This document shows, piece by piece, positions 53,744 to 63,787 of a stretch of DNA of 64,000 nt. The stretch is from assembly GCA_964480265.1 (NCBI GenBank), contig CAYZNY010000006.1:1219-65218 (forward strand). Reading direction: 5' to 3'. Numbering within the stretch: the first letter of the stretch is position 1; each line of letters starts with the position of its first letter. The notes beneath the pieces are model-generated. The model had not been told where the DNA came from and searched no databases. It was given only the letters and a program-made list of their open reading frames with translations. Source of the stretch: an uncultured Candidatus Saccharibacteria bacterium. GTDB lineage: Bacteria; Patescibacteriota; Saccharimonadia; Saccharimonadales; Saccharimonadaceae. The position numbers and the translations under genes were made by a program.

Positions 53744-55333
53744 TTATTTCAGACTTTTTATGAACTCAAAGAAAAGTGGATGCACATTTAGCGGGCGACT
53801 CTTGAACTCCGGATGAGCCTGCGTCGCGACAAAGAATTTGTGCCCTGGCGCCTCGACAAACTCGACTAGCTTCCCGTCTGGGCTGGTCCCCGCGACTATC
53901 AATCCGCCTTTTTCAATTTCTGGCAAGAATTGCTGATTAACCTCATATCGGTGCCGATGTCTTTCAACTACTTTTTCTTGACCGTAAATTTTTGCGAGCT
54001 TGCTACCCTTCTTCAATTTGGCCGGATAATCGCCCAAGCGCATCGTGCCGCCAGTTGACTCTTTGCCAGCCTGCCCGTCCATAATATATATAATATTTTG
54101 GCCAGCTTTTGCGCCAAATTCCTCCGAGCTGGCATCCTTGATGCCTCCACGCCTTGCCGCCGCCACGCAAGCCATTTGCATACCAAGACAGAGCCCGAGA
54201 TACGACACATCTTTTTCGAGCGCATACTCGGCTGCTCGAATCTTCCCCTCAGCACCACGCTCGCCAAATCCGCCTGGCACCACCAGACCATCGACTCTCG
54301 CAAAATCTTTATCAGTGGCGTCCTCAGCATTGATCCACTGAATTTCTAAATTCACGCCATTCCACGCCGCAGCCGCCTTCAAAGCCTCGGTCACACAAAT
54401 ATAAGTATCCTCGTTTCCGACATACTTTGCTACCAACCCAACTTTGACCGTCCGATCATATTTTTCGCCACGTTTTTTAGAAAATTCCTGCCATTTCCTC
54501 ATGTCTGGCTCGCTATCGTCGTTCATAAATTTATTCAAAATTTCTAGCACGCCAGATTTCAGGACATTAAATGGCACATCATAGACCGAATCAATATCTG
54601 GCAAGTTCAACACGGCATCGCTCGAAATCCCCGAGAACGATGCGATCTTCTCGCACATTGAGCGAAGTGCTGGGCGCTCAGTCCGACAGACTACCACATC
54701 CGGGATGATCCCAAAACCGCGCAAATCTTTCAGGGCATTTTGGGCCGGCTTAGTTTTTAGCTCCTTCGAGGTGTTGATCCACGGCACATAAACCACGTGG
54801 ATATAAAGACAATTTTCCCGCCCAACTCGATTAGCAAAAAGTCGGATCGCCTCGATAAAGCTCAAACCTTCATAATCGCCAACAGTACCGCCGATTTCAA
54901 CGATATGAATGTCGCTACCACGCCCCGCAGCAGCAATTTTTTCTTGCACCAAATCCGTAAAGTGCGGCACCATCTGCACGGTTTTGCCCCGAAATCCGCC
55001 GCTACGCTCTTTTTCAATTAGCTCAGAATACAGTGCACCCGAAAGTACCGCCGAATATTTATTCGTCTCAAAATCAAGAAATCGCTCGTAGTGTCCCAGG
55101 TCGAGATCGGTCTCTCGCCCGTCAGCCGTCACAAAACATTCACCGTGCTCCACTGGGTTCAAAAGTCCAGCATCAACATTTAGATATGGATCACATTTTT
55201 GGATCGAAACTTTGTAGCCCTTCGCCTTCATAATGGCGCCAATTGACGCTGCCGTGATACCCTTGCCTACGCCAGAAAGCACACCGCCAGTCACAAAAAT
55301 ATACTTTGGCGTTTTATGATTTTTATCTTTCAC
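53744..55333 (-). CDS. pyrG: CTP synthase
   Basis: It has KYIFVTGGVLSGVGKGI and the GATase motifs GLCLGMQ and HRHRYE. The start is GTG, with GGAGGTG upstream. Confidence 0.95.
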   Translation of the reverse strand: MKDKNHKTPKYIFVTGGVLSGVGKGITAASIGAIMKAKGYKVSIQKCDPYLNVDAGLLNPVEHGECFVTADGRETDLDLGHYERFLDFETNKYSAVLSGALYSELIEKERSGGFRGKTVQMVPHFTDLVQEKIAAAGRGSDIHIVEIGGTVGDYEGLSFIEAIRLFANRVGRENCLYIHVVYVPWINTSKELKTKPAQNALKDLRGFGIIPDVVVCRTERPALRSMCEKIASFSGISSDAVLNLPDIDSVYDVPFNVLKSGVLEILNKFMNDDSEPDMRKWQEFSKKRGEKYDRTVKVGLVAKYVGNEDTYICVTEALKAAAAWNGVNLEIQWINAEDATDKDFARVDGLVVPGGFGERGAEGKIRAAEYALEKDVSYLGLCLGMQMACVAAARRGGIKDASSEEFGAKAGQNIIYIMDGQAGKESTGGTMRLGDYPAKLKKGSKLAKIYGQEKVVERHRHRYEVNQQFLPEIEKGGLIVAGTSPDGKLVEFVEAPGHKFFVATQAHPEFKSRPLNVHPLFFEFIKSLK

Positions 55334-55414
55334 TAGGCACCTCCTCGATTTTAGACTGACTTTTTGCCCACACTTCCTATGCTTATTCTATCATAGATTT
55401 AATTCTAAGTACAT

Positions 55415-55440
55415 GGAAAAGCCGGCAAGAGATTGCCGGC
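55415..55440 (-). terminator. intrinsic terminator after the radical-SAM gene
   Basis: On the minus strand: GCCGGCA-atctct-TGCCGGC followed by TTTTCC. Confidence 0.6.
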
Positions 55441-55496
55441 TTCCTTCCTAAATATACCAGGGCTATATATAATATATAACCCTCCAATGCATTGGA

Positions 55497-56495
55497 CTAC
55501 TCAAACGCCTGCGTGCGCATCATCAACTCGTCAGACGAAAGATCGCAGCCGCCACAGCTCACCGGGCAACCACCGCCACATTTTTCCAGCATATTACACT
55601 CCTGACACGTCTGCAAAAGATATTTCTTCTCGCGAAATCTCCTCAAATCAGGATGTTGCTCCCAGAGCTGCTTCAATGGTAATCCCGGATCCAAGATATT
55701 CCCAATCGGAATCTGGTTCACCGCACAGCGCGATAAATTCCCCTTCATATCCACATAGGCCGTGCTGTACCCCCAATCACATCTTGCAGTGTACTTCCGC
55801 AGGTCTTCCGGCAACAAACACATCGGATAAGAATCGACAACTTCAATCTCGATTCCCCATTTTTGGTCCACCATCTGGACCTGCTGGAAAACCCTGATAA
55901 CGTCGCTTAGTTCGAGCCTATACGCACCATTTGCTGCACCACCGAATGGCCCGACCCGTTGAACCTGGATATAATCAATCGGCAGATCATTCGCCAGCTC
56001 GCTGATTGTATCATACAAACTCTCTGTTATCACCGGCGTAAAGTTCACCGTGATACCGATCTGCTGATCCGAACGCTTCATATTAGCAAACGATCGCAAC
56101 CGCCGCAAAGTTTCCTTATAGGCTCCATGCGTCGTATAGGCATCATGATATGGTTGCTGCCCATGTACCGTCCATTCCAAAGATGCCACATATGGTGCAT
56201 AATCATGCCAAGAAAAATGCGTGTTGGACAGAATATGGACATTCAATCCGCTATCTTTCAGATAGTGCGCCAAAACTCCAATCCGCGCGTACTCGGCCGG
56301 ATCGCCCCCGACCAGTTCGACATCCTCTATCCCCGCTTCCACCAGCTTATCGCCAATGTGGAATAAGGTTTTGAGGTCACCATCGTGCCGTTCCCGACGT
56401 TCCAAGTTTGCCGTTTCATAGCAAATATCACACCAATGAGAGCATTTGGTGGTAATTCCCAATGCTACTGCTTTTAATTTATGCCCGTTTGTCAT
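55497..56495 (-). CDS. radical SAM protein with a SPASM-type C-terminal Cys cluster
   Basis: The CX3CX2C motif is CSHWCDIC. The C-terminus is CQECNMLEKCGGGCPVSCGGC. Confidence 0.8.
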   Translation of the reverse strand: MTNGHKLKAVALGITTKCSHWCDICYETANLERRERHDGDLKTLFHIGDKLVEAGIEDVELVGGDPAEYARIGVLAHYLKDSGLNVHILSNTHFSWHDYAPYVASLEWTVHGQQPYHDAYTTHGAYKETLRRLRSFANMKRSDQQIGITVNFTPVITESLYDTISELANDLPIDYIQVQRVGPFGGAANGAYRLELSDVIRVFQQVQMVDQKWGIEIEVVDSYPMCLLPEDLRKYTARCDWGYSTAYVDMKGNLSRCAVNQIPIGNILDPGLPLKQLWEQHPDLRRFREKKYLLQTCQECNMLEKCGGGCPVSCGGCDLSSDELMMRTQAFE

Positions 56496-56579
56496 ATCTC
56501 ATCGCCCCCTTTTCTACTTTTATGACAATTTTAAGCATTACAATACTAGACTGTCGCCGTACGACAGCCTTATCTCTCC

Positions 56580-56608
56580 ATTGTAGCACACATTGCTAAT
56601 TTTGTCAA
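56580..56608 (-). promoter_or_regulatory. consensus sigma70 promoter for the radical-SAM gene
   Basis: On the minus strand: TTGACA, 17 nt, TACAAT. Confidence 0.6.
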
Positions 56609-56623
56609 GTATAGTACCAGATT

Positions 56624-57388
56624 CTAGCGCTTGAAGACCTTTTCGGCCAGATTCACACCAGTTACGCGGTAATATCCAGCAAACTGCGGCGAACGGTTCA
56701 CCTCGATGATCATCAACTTGCCATTTTCTTGCACGGCCAAATCCACGCCCACAAAGTCAAGCTCTGGCATCTTAGCCATTGCCCGTTTCACAAAATCCAT
56801 CTCGGCATCCGACAAATCACGATAGCCAGTCGCCTTGACCTTTTGGGTTTCAGTCTTGCTAGTACGCGTTTCTGCCGTGCGCAGGACCTCACCACGCAAA
56901 TAGAACACCCGCATTTCCTCGCAGATTTGCCGCCGATCCTGGACAATATATTCCGCTAAGTCCACATCGCTTGGCTTCTCGAAGTGAATATCACGACAAC
57001 GACAAGACACTCGTTTCTTCAAAATATGCTCCTGCGGAATAAATTCTACCTCACTAGCCAACCAAGTCTGCGGCATAAATTCAAGACCAAACCTCTGGAA
57101 CTGGCGATATTTGTCTTCGATATAATAATCGTCAATCGTATGAATTCCGTCTAGCGAATATGATTCTGGATTATCTACAAAAAATCGCCGTGTAATCTCG
57201 TCAATTTTGTCGTCGCTAATCGGCAGACTCGGCTCGTTGAACGGATCGCGGAAATAAACCTCGGAGATTTCCGGAAAATGCTCTGGCAAGTCCTCTTTAT
57301 AATAATATATCTGGTCGACGTTACCCTCCCAAAGCGGAAGTGCTTTATCGGCACGGGTTGTGAAGAGGGCTGATTTTAGCTTAGTCAT
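56624..57388 (-). CDS. ATP-grasp (RimK-like) ligase
   Basis: The C-terminal LDFVGVDLAVQENGKLMIIEVNRSPQFAGY matches the ATP-grasp Mg/ATP loop. It overlaps the GT2 gene by 8 nt. Confidence 0.6.
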   Translation of the reverse strand: MTKLKSALFTTRADKALPLWEGNVDQIYYYKEDLPEHFPEISEVYFRDPFNEPSLPISDDKIDEITRRFFVDNPESYSLDGIHTIDDYYIEDKYRQFQRFGLEFMPQTWLASEVEFIPQEHILKKRVSCRCRDIHFEKPSDVDLAEYIVQDRRQICEEMRVFYLRGEVLRTAETRTSKTETQKVKATGYRDLSDAEMDFVKRAMAKMPELDFVGVDLAVQENGKLMIIEVNRSPQFAGYYRVTGVNLAEKVFKR

Positions 57389-59021
57389 TTTTTACCACCT
57401 TTTCTGTTACATCAAATTTTTCCATATACTTGCCAAACATCAAACGCGTCTGCGAATAAAACGCGGCCGCACTCTGATAAACAATTGCGATTACCGGCAT
57501 CAATATCCATTGCAAGACCATCAGGAAAGTGCGATTTTTCTTGTACTTTTCTGGCCGAGTCGGCAACATCCTGAGCGAAGTAATCACGGTAATAATCAGC
57601 CCGACCGCAGCAATCGTCTGGATCACGCCAACCACATTTGGGAGATTAAATGCCAGCGCACCCCGCGTGCTTAGGTTCATCAACATCGGCACCCAACCGC
57701 CAAAAGCTACAATCGGAGCCATATAAGCTAGCGTGACATGGCCATCCAAAAGTCGCACAAATTTCGGGAAAAGTTGCCAAAACGGAATCTTGCAATCTTT
57801 TGAAAATAGATAATCCCCAACATAAGCAATATCACTCGCGCCATAATCCCAGCGCCGAAGTTGCACAAATTGTGCTTTCAAGGTTTTCCAAAATGTATCG
57901 GACAGCACGGCATCCTGGCCGATTGCCACCCGAATTGGCACAACGCTATATTTTCCATCAAAATAGAACAACGAGCGCCAATATTGGTGGCCATCCTCAA
58001 CAATCGTATGTTTGCTCCAAAAATCCATGCCTTCAAGCGCAGCTAGTGGCTGCGAATGCGAAGCGAAGTTTCTGAGCAAGTGCGGGCGCATCGTTGAAAT
58101 AATATTGAAAAATGAATTCGAAACAGCAATCACGCGCATTGGCGCAGCGGCATCCCAAATATTATTCGTAAAAATTGATATAGGCTGATAGCTATAATGT
58201 TGGCGGTCTGGGCGCACGCAAAATTCGTATGCAACATAGTCCAAATATTTTTTGCTCATGCGATTATCACTATCGAGCGAGGTGACGATAACATTTTCTT
58301 TTGGAATGTCTGATTTCTCGATATATTTTGCCAGCTGATGCCCAGCATAAACTAAATTCGGACCTTTGCCGACAATCTCGTGCTTTAAATTTTCTGGGTG
58401 CTTGACCAAAATAAAATCTTTGAAACACCCATCGAATTGCTCTTTAAGTTCTTTTGCGGTTTGCTCCATTTTTTTGCCCCCGCGCTCCTCATATGCCAGC
58501 ACAAAAATAATCCGTTCGTCCGGGAAAGTTCCGTCACGCACTGCCTCGACCGACGGCACTAAAGTTTCTAGACCTTCATTATAAGCCGTCATGATAATAG
58601 CGTGATAAATTTCTTTTGGTTTCAGAGCTTGCTCGCCTTCGAGCGCCGAAAGCAAACGCAAATTCTGGACATGCTCGTCAAAGTTATAACTTTTATCGTC
58701 CTCATCACGACGTTTTTCGTAGGCGGCATGTGGATTTTCGAGGTCGTTTAGCCGCTTCGCCCAGTCAACCCGCTCGGCTTCCAACATGATTTTGTGACCC
58801 TGGATAGTCCGAAAAGCCGACCCAATCGCTTTGACTAAAGTTGTGGCGATAATGATCAGCAAATAAATCGCTCCCAAAACTGGGTTAATCAGCGAAAGGA
58901 CAAAAAGCAAAATCACCGCCATGTAGCTTAGCAACCCTGGCAAAATCTCGAAAAACCGATATTTCTTGGTGCGCTTCCCCTCGGGAATTTCCGGAACGTT
59001 ATTTACCTTCGACATTACCAC
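57381..59021 (-). CDS. membrane-embedded processive family-2 glycosyltransferase (cellulose/chitin/PNAG-synthase-like)
   Basis: It has AIIMTAYNE, SLDSDN and QLRRW (the Q-x-x-RW motif), with TM helices at both ends. Confidence 0.75.
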   Translation of the reverse strand: MVMSKVNNVPEIPEGKRTKKYRFFEILPGLLSYMAVILLFVLSLINPVLGAIYLLIIIATTLVKAIGSAFRTIQGHKIMLEAERVDWAKRLNDLENPHAAYEKRRDEDDKSYNFDEHVQNLRLLSALEGEQALKPKEIYHAIIMTAYNEGLETLVPSVEAVRDGTFPDERIIFVLAYEERGGKKMEQTAKELKEQFDGCFKDFILVKHPENLKHEIVGKGPNLVYAGHQLAKYIEKSDIPKENVIVTSLDSDNRMSKKYLDYVAYEFCVRPDRQHYSYQPISIFTNNIWDAAAPMRVIAVSNSFFNIISTMRPHLLRNFASHSQPLAALEGMDFWSKHTIVEDGHQYWRSLFYFDGKYSVVPIRVAIGQDAVLSDTFWKTLKAQFVQLRRWDYGASDIAYVGDYLFSKDCKIPFWQLFPKFVRLLDGHVTLAYMAPIVAFGGWVPMLMNLSTRGALAFNLPNVVGVIQTIAAVGLIITVITSLRMLPTRPEKYKKNRTFLMVLQWILMPVIAIVYQSAAAFYSQTRLMFGKYMEKFDVTEKVVKND

Positions 59022-59440
59022 TCCCCGACTAATCGGAATAATACTAGCAAAGTTGCCATCACTAGCACAATTGACATCACAGCAAATATCATTGCAACAT
59101 CGCGTCCATATTTACGATAGATCCTCAGCACCAGCAAGTTATGCAAAATCCCATAAATCAAGGCTAAAATCGGGAAAGCTAGCATCATTATCCAGCCACT
59201 ACGCCGATAGCCACCACTGATTCCGGCAATCTCGCCATAGACATCACCGTATCCAATAATAACTACATTGCTGCTTGGGCGAAGCACTGTCAGCGACAAA
59301 ATAAACAGCAACAAGCTCGCCACCGTCAAGATAATCATTGCAATTAACAAACTTTTTTGTTTACGATAGACTTCTTGCCACACCGCACGCAAGCGATCTT
59401 TATTTTCTGCGACTTCATCGGTTTTTTTCGTAGTTTTCAT
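59015..59440 (-). CDS. small 4-TM membrane protein, first gene of the GT2 operon
   Basis: It overlaps the GT2 gene by 7 nt. TGgTATAAT lies 8 nt upstream of the ATG. Confidence 0.65.
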   Translation of the reverse strand: MKTTKKTDEVAENKDRLRAVWQEVYRKQKSLLIAMIILTVASLLLFILSLTVLRPSSNVVIIGYGDVYGEIAGISGGYRRSGWIMMLAFPILALIYGILHNLLVLRIYRKYGRDVAMIFAVMSIVLVMATLLVLFRLVGEW

Positions 59441-59461
59441 TGTATATAATTATACCATAAC

Positions 59462-60043
59462 TTACTTATATTGATAAATCCCCGGCGCCGCTAATAGCTC
59501 GCCGAGCGACTGATATTTCTTGAATTCGGTATCGTTTTTCATATAAATTGCCTCTGGGTGGCTCGACAACCGCTTCACTTCATCGAAGCTCATTTCTAGC
59601 ACCTCGATTTCTTCCCCAGCGTCAAGTTCCTGCGGACCCTGCTCCACGAAATCCGTCGCTAGAAAAGTATAGACCAGCCAATCAATCTTAATGAACGGTT
59701 GCTTTACATCGATCAGCTTCCAATTTTTAAAAACCATGCCGGTTTCTTCGCGCAGTTCGCGCTTTGCCGCAGCGAGCTCATTTTTGGCCGGATTATCATG
59801 CCGCCCGCTCGGGAAATCATAATACCAATCCAAAGTCGGCTGGCGCTGCCGCACAATCACGATTTTATCACCTTTTACTGCAATAATTTTTACTGTGTCC
59901 GGCCGGCTAACCATCTCAAACGTCGCTTCTGAGCCATCAAATAATTTTTGTGGCCATTGATAGACGTTATAAATCTCGCCCTGGAAAACGTTTTTGGCTT
60001 GCTTTGGTATTGCGCGCGCGGTTTTGGGTGTAAATTCTCGCAT
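59462..60043 (-). CDS. NUDIX hydrolase
   Basis: The Nudix box is ...ELAAAKRELREETGM (R-E-U-x-E-E-x-G-U). Confidence 0.75.
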   Translation of the reverse strand: MREFTPKTARAIPKQAKNVFQGEIYNVYQWPQKLFDGSEATFEMVSRPDTVKIIAVKGDKIVIVRQRQPTLDWYYDFPSGRHDNPAKNELAAAKRELREETGMVFKNWKLIDVKQPFIKIDWLVYTFLATDFVEQGPQELDAGEEIEVLEMSFDEVKRLSSHPEAIYMKNDTEFKKYQSLGELLAAPGIYQYK

Positions 60044-60046
60044 AAA

Positions 60047-60832
60047 TTATTTTTCCTTCTTTTGGTTATCCTTTTCATTATCCGAATGGTGGCCAGAATG
60101 CTTTTTTAGAAAACTCAAAATTCGCTCGCGCTGCCAAATCCCGATCCCTAGCAAAACTACCGCAATAATCGAAATTGTAATTACTCCTGAAAGATTAGTT
60201 GTGAGCCCTGCGCCGAGATAATTTGTCACAATAATTACCGGCAAGCGTCCCAAAATTAAAATCAGCATTAGTTTGCGCACCGGCAAAGTTGTGAGCCCCG
60301 CAATATAACATATCAAATCATCCGGAAAACCCGGCAACAAATAGATCAGGAATAATATTAACGACGCGCTTTTGGAATTAATGATAAAGTCAAACCGATC
60401 AACGGCAGATTTCTTGAAAATCTTTTCCAAAAATGGGCGCCCAAAACGTTTCGAAAGCTTGAAAACAATGTAGCAGCCAAGCAATGTGCCAATTGATGTC
60501 CAAAGAATTCCCCACGGTCCAAAAATAAATCCGCCAATACTGCCCACGACTTGCCCTGGAATTGGCGCAACTACCGTTTGCAAAACTTGCAACAAAACGA
60601 AAAGTAATGGCGCAAAAATTCCCCAAGATTTCACGCTAGCGATTAGCTCGTCGCGGTTTGTTAGGAATCGCATTAACGGCCCGGTAGCAATAATATCCCA
60701 AGTTAGATAGCCAATCAATGCAATCACAACAATGATAACTAGCCAAAGTTTGACGATAGTCTTGGTACTGAGGCGTTTTTTGAGTGGAGAGCCAGCCGTC
60801 TGCCCCACCGCATCCGGATTTTTACTTGGCAT
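60047..60832 (-). CDS. TVP38/TMEM64 (DedA-related) family membrane protein
   Basis: VLQTVVAPIPGQVVGSIGGFIFGPWGILWTSIGTLLGCYIVFKLSKRFGR is typical of the family. Confidence 0.7.
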   Translation of the reverse strand: MPSKNPDAVGQTAGSPLKKRLSTKTIVKLWLVIIVVIALIGYLTWDIIATGPLMRFLTNRDELIASVKSWGIFAPLLFVLLQVLQTVVAPIPGQVVGSIGGFIFGPWGILWTSIGTLLGCYIVFKLSKRFGRPFLEKIFKKSAVDRFDFIINSKSASLILFLIYLLPGFPDDLICYIAGLTTLPVRKLMLILILGRLPVIIVTNYLGAGLTTNLSGVITISIIAVVLLGIGIWQRERILSFLKKHSGHHSDNEKDNQKKEK

Positions 60833-62339
60833 ATTCGACAGCGCGCGTTTCGCGGATTACATTCACTTTTATAATGCCTGGATACGACATCGTAGCTTCG
60901 ATTTTATTTGCAATATCGCGAGCTAGCTTCAATGCCGAAAGATCATCAATTTGCTTCGGCTCAACGATCACCCGAATTTCACGACCTGCCGAAATTGCAT
61001 AGGCCTTATCAATCCCCGGAAAACTCGTAGCAATGTTTTCGAGATCGCGCATCCGCTCAGCGAAATTCTCGGCCGAGATATTCCGTGCACCCGGGCGAGC
61101 CGCCGAAAGCGAGTCGACAATCTTCACAATCACCGCTTCTGGCGTTGTCGGTTCAATATCATCATGATGCGCCGCCATAGCGTGGACGATTTCATCCGAC
61201 ATGCCATATTTCTTTGCGAGCTCTGCGCCAATCTCGGCGTGTTTACCCTCGATTTTGTGCGTCACGGCTTTGCCAATATCGTGCAACAAAGTCGCGGTTT
61301 TGGCCACTCGCTTATCGGCACCGATTTCTTCCGCAATCATACCTGCGATGTGGGTCATTTCGACCGAATGTAGCAAAACATTCTGCCCATAACTTGTCCG
61401 GAATTTTAACTCACCAAGCAAATGTAGCAACTCCCGCGGAATCCCCACCACGCCAACTTCACGAGCGGCATCCTCACCTGCCCGCATCACTTCTTTTTCG
61501 ATCTCGCGCTCGGCCTTAGCAACTGCCTCCTCGATACTCGATGGGTTAATCCGACCATCTTTCATTAAACGCTCTAAGGCATAACGTGCAACCTGCCGAC
61601 GAATTGGATCAAAACTCGACAGTACCACCATACCCGGTGTGTCATCCACCATAATATCAACGCCAGTTGCACGTTGCAGAGCTTGAATATTCCGACCTTC
61701 TTTACCGATAATCCGACCCTTCATATCATCGTCTGGCAGTTTCAGTGCTGTCACAGTACGATCGGCCGTAACTTCTGACGACATTCGCTCCATCGCTGTA
61801 AGCAAAATTGCTTGCGCGGTTTCATCGAGGTCGTGTTTAATTTCTTTTTGCTCTTTGACAACTAGCCCAGCCAAATCCTGCTTGATATCGCGTTCAGTCA
61901 TCTGCATCAACTTATCACGTGCATCAACTTTCGAAAGACCGGCAATCTTTTCTAGTTTTTCTTGCTGACGATTACGAATCTCGCGTACCTCGTTTTTAAG
62001 ATCATCAAGTTCCTTTTCTTGACGCACCAAACGCTCAGTCTTCTTTTCGAGCTGGTCCAACTTGTTGTCGAGATTATTTTCACGCTCGGTCAAGCGACTC
62101 TCGGTTTTTTTCCATTCTTTGCGACGCGAACTTTCTTCTTCCTGCGATTTCGATGCGATTTCCGAAGCCTCGTTTTTGGCCTTTAAGACAATGTCTGAAG
62201 CCTCGTTTTTGGCTTTCCGCACAAGATCATCCGCCTTGTTTTTTCCACCGTTTTCATTTTTCTTATTATATACAAAAATTCCACCCGCACCAGCGCCAGC
62301 GCCTAGCACAAGGGCAATAATTACTGGAATTACATCCAT
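60822..62339 (-). CDS. rny: ribonuclease Y
   Basis: It has an N-terminal TM helix, a coiled coil, a KH domain (GRIIGKEGRNIQAL) and an HD domain (LLHDIGK...HH). Confidence 0.9.
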   Translation of the reverse strand: MDVIPVIIALVLGAGAGAGGIFVYNKKNENGGKNKADDLVRKAKNEASDIVLKAKNEASEIASKSQEEESSRRKEWKKTESRLTERENNLDNKLDQLEKKTERLVRQEKELDDLKNEVREIRNRQQEKLEKIAGLSKVDARDKLMQMTERDIKQDLAGLVVKEQKEIKHDLDETAQAILLTAMERMSSEVTADRTVTALKLPDDDMKGRIIGKEGRNIQALQRATGVDIMVDDTPGMVVLSSFDPIRRQVARYALERLMKDGRINPSSIEEAVAKAEREIEKEVMRAGEDAAREVGVVGIPRELLHLLGELKFRTSYGQNVLLHSVEMTHIAGMIAEEIGADKRVAKTATLLHDIGKAVTHKIEGKHAEIGAELAKKYGMSDEIVHAMAAHHDDIEPTTPEAVIVKIVDSLSAARPGARNISAENFAERMRDLENIATSFPGIDKAYAISAGREIRVIVEPKQIDDLSALKLARDIANKIEATMSYPGIIKVNVIRETRAVEYAK

Positions 62340-62467
62340 AGTTTAGCCTTTCTCATTGTTATCGACATTTTTCTCTATGTCGATGGGGTAACAAAAAATA
62401 TAAATTAATAACTTTCCGCTCTCATTGTATCATAAAAATGCCAAAAAGAAAACCCCAGGACGGTCAC

Positions 62468-63778
62468 TCAAAGTTCATTCATAACTTTACTAAGCAAATA
62501 AAACGACCCGGTCACCAATAATTTTTCGTTTTCGTGAGTATTTTCTAACGCCGCCCGAATGGCTTCCTGATAGTTATCGTTCGCAATGAAATCGACACCA
62601 GCCGCCCGGAAGGCCGATTCAATATCAGCCAAATCCGCGGCTCTGGTACCACCCGAAACCGTCAAATAGACTTTCTCAAAACGTTCCCGAAAAAGTAACA
62701 CAATGTGCGACAAATCTTTCCCGGCGCTTATAGTAAAAAGCAAATTATATTTTTGGTCCGGATATAAAGTTTCAAGCGTGTGGAGCGTTTGCTCGATGCT
62801 CGTCGGAGTATGCGCACCGTCAAGAATTACCCTTCCATGCTGTTCAAATCGTCCCGGTAAACTTGCTTTCGCAAGACCACGTTCGATGACAGATTCAGTA
62901 AGCTCTGGCAACAAAATTTTTGCCGCCAAAGCCGCAAGCGCAGCATTCTCGGCTTGCTTTTCGCCTAGCATTTTGAGCTTCAAATTTAACGGCCGTTGCC
63001 ATAATTTCCCAGTCATATTCATACACATCTGCGAATCTTCATAATGCAATTCAGAAATTTGGCAATAGTCTTCCACGAAATAAATCGGCGCATCAAGTTT
63101 GGCGGCTGTATCCCGAAAGACCTTCACGACCGATTCTTTTGCTTGTTTTGAAACCACGACTGGCGTCCTAAGTTTGATAATCCCGGCTTTTTCCGCTGCA
63201 ATTTTTTCAAGTGTATCACCAAGCAAGGCCATATGTTCGAGCTCAATCCGATTAATGATTGCGAGCTCCGGATTCACGATATTTGTCGCATCGAGTCGTC
63301 CGCCACAGCCAGTTTCGATTACGGAATACTTTGTCTTGGCGTTTTTTGCACACAAAAATCCAAACGCCGTGGTTAATTCATGCCAGCTTACCTGCGTCAA
63401 ATTATCCCGAGCGACTACTTCTTTTAGTTCCTGAATCGATTTTTCATAGACATCGTCGTCATAAAATCCACGCGACGTGCAGACCCGTTCCCGGAAATCA
63501 TAAACATGGGGCGAAGCATAAATCGAAATTGGCGAGCCCACAGCTTCATCCAAAATGCAAGCCAACATTTTTGCAGTCGAGCCTTTCCCCTTCGAACCAG
63601 CAATATGAACTGTCGGCACGGCTTCTTCTGGCGAGCCTAACCTTTTCGATAAATCACGTATTGGCTCCAAGCTAAAAATGTGATCATCGCTAGTATATTT
63701 ATTTAGCACCGCTTCATAATTAATAAAGCCCGTCAGCCATTCCAAAAAATCAGTGATATATTGTGGAGTCTGCATCAT
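62468..63778 (-). CDS. folC: Mur-ligase-family folylpolyglutamate synthase-like protein
   Basis: It has the P-loop HIAGSKGKGST and the FolC-type domain order. Confidence 0.65.
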   Translation of the reverse strand: MMQTPQYITDFLEWLTGFINYEAVLNKYTSDDHIFSLEPIRDLSKRLGSPEEAVPTVHIAGSKGKGSTAKMLACILDEAVGSPISIYASPHVYDFRERVCTSRGFYDDDVYEKSIQELKEVVARDNLTQVSWHELTTAFGFLCAKNAKTKYSVIETGCGGRLDATNIVNPELAIINRIELEHMALLGDTLEKIAAEKAGIIKLRTPVVVSKQAKESVVKVFRDTAAKLDAPIYFVEDYCQISELHYEDSQMCMNMTGKLWQRPLNLKLKMLGEKQAENAALAALAAKILLPELTESVIERGLAKASLPGRFEQHGRVILDGAHTPTSIEQTLHTLETLYPDQKYNLLFTISAGKDLSHIVLLFRERFEKVYLTVSGGTRAADLADIESAFRAAGVDFIANDNYQEAIRAALENTHENEKLLVTGSFYLLSKVMNEL

Positions 63779-63787
63779 CGTCTTCTT

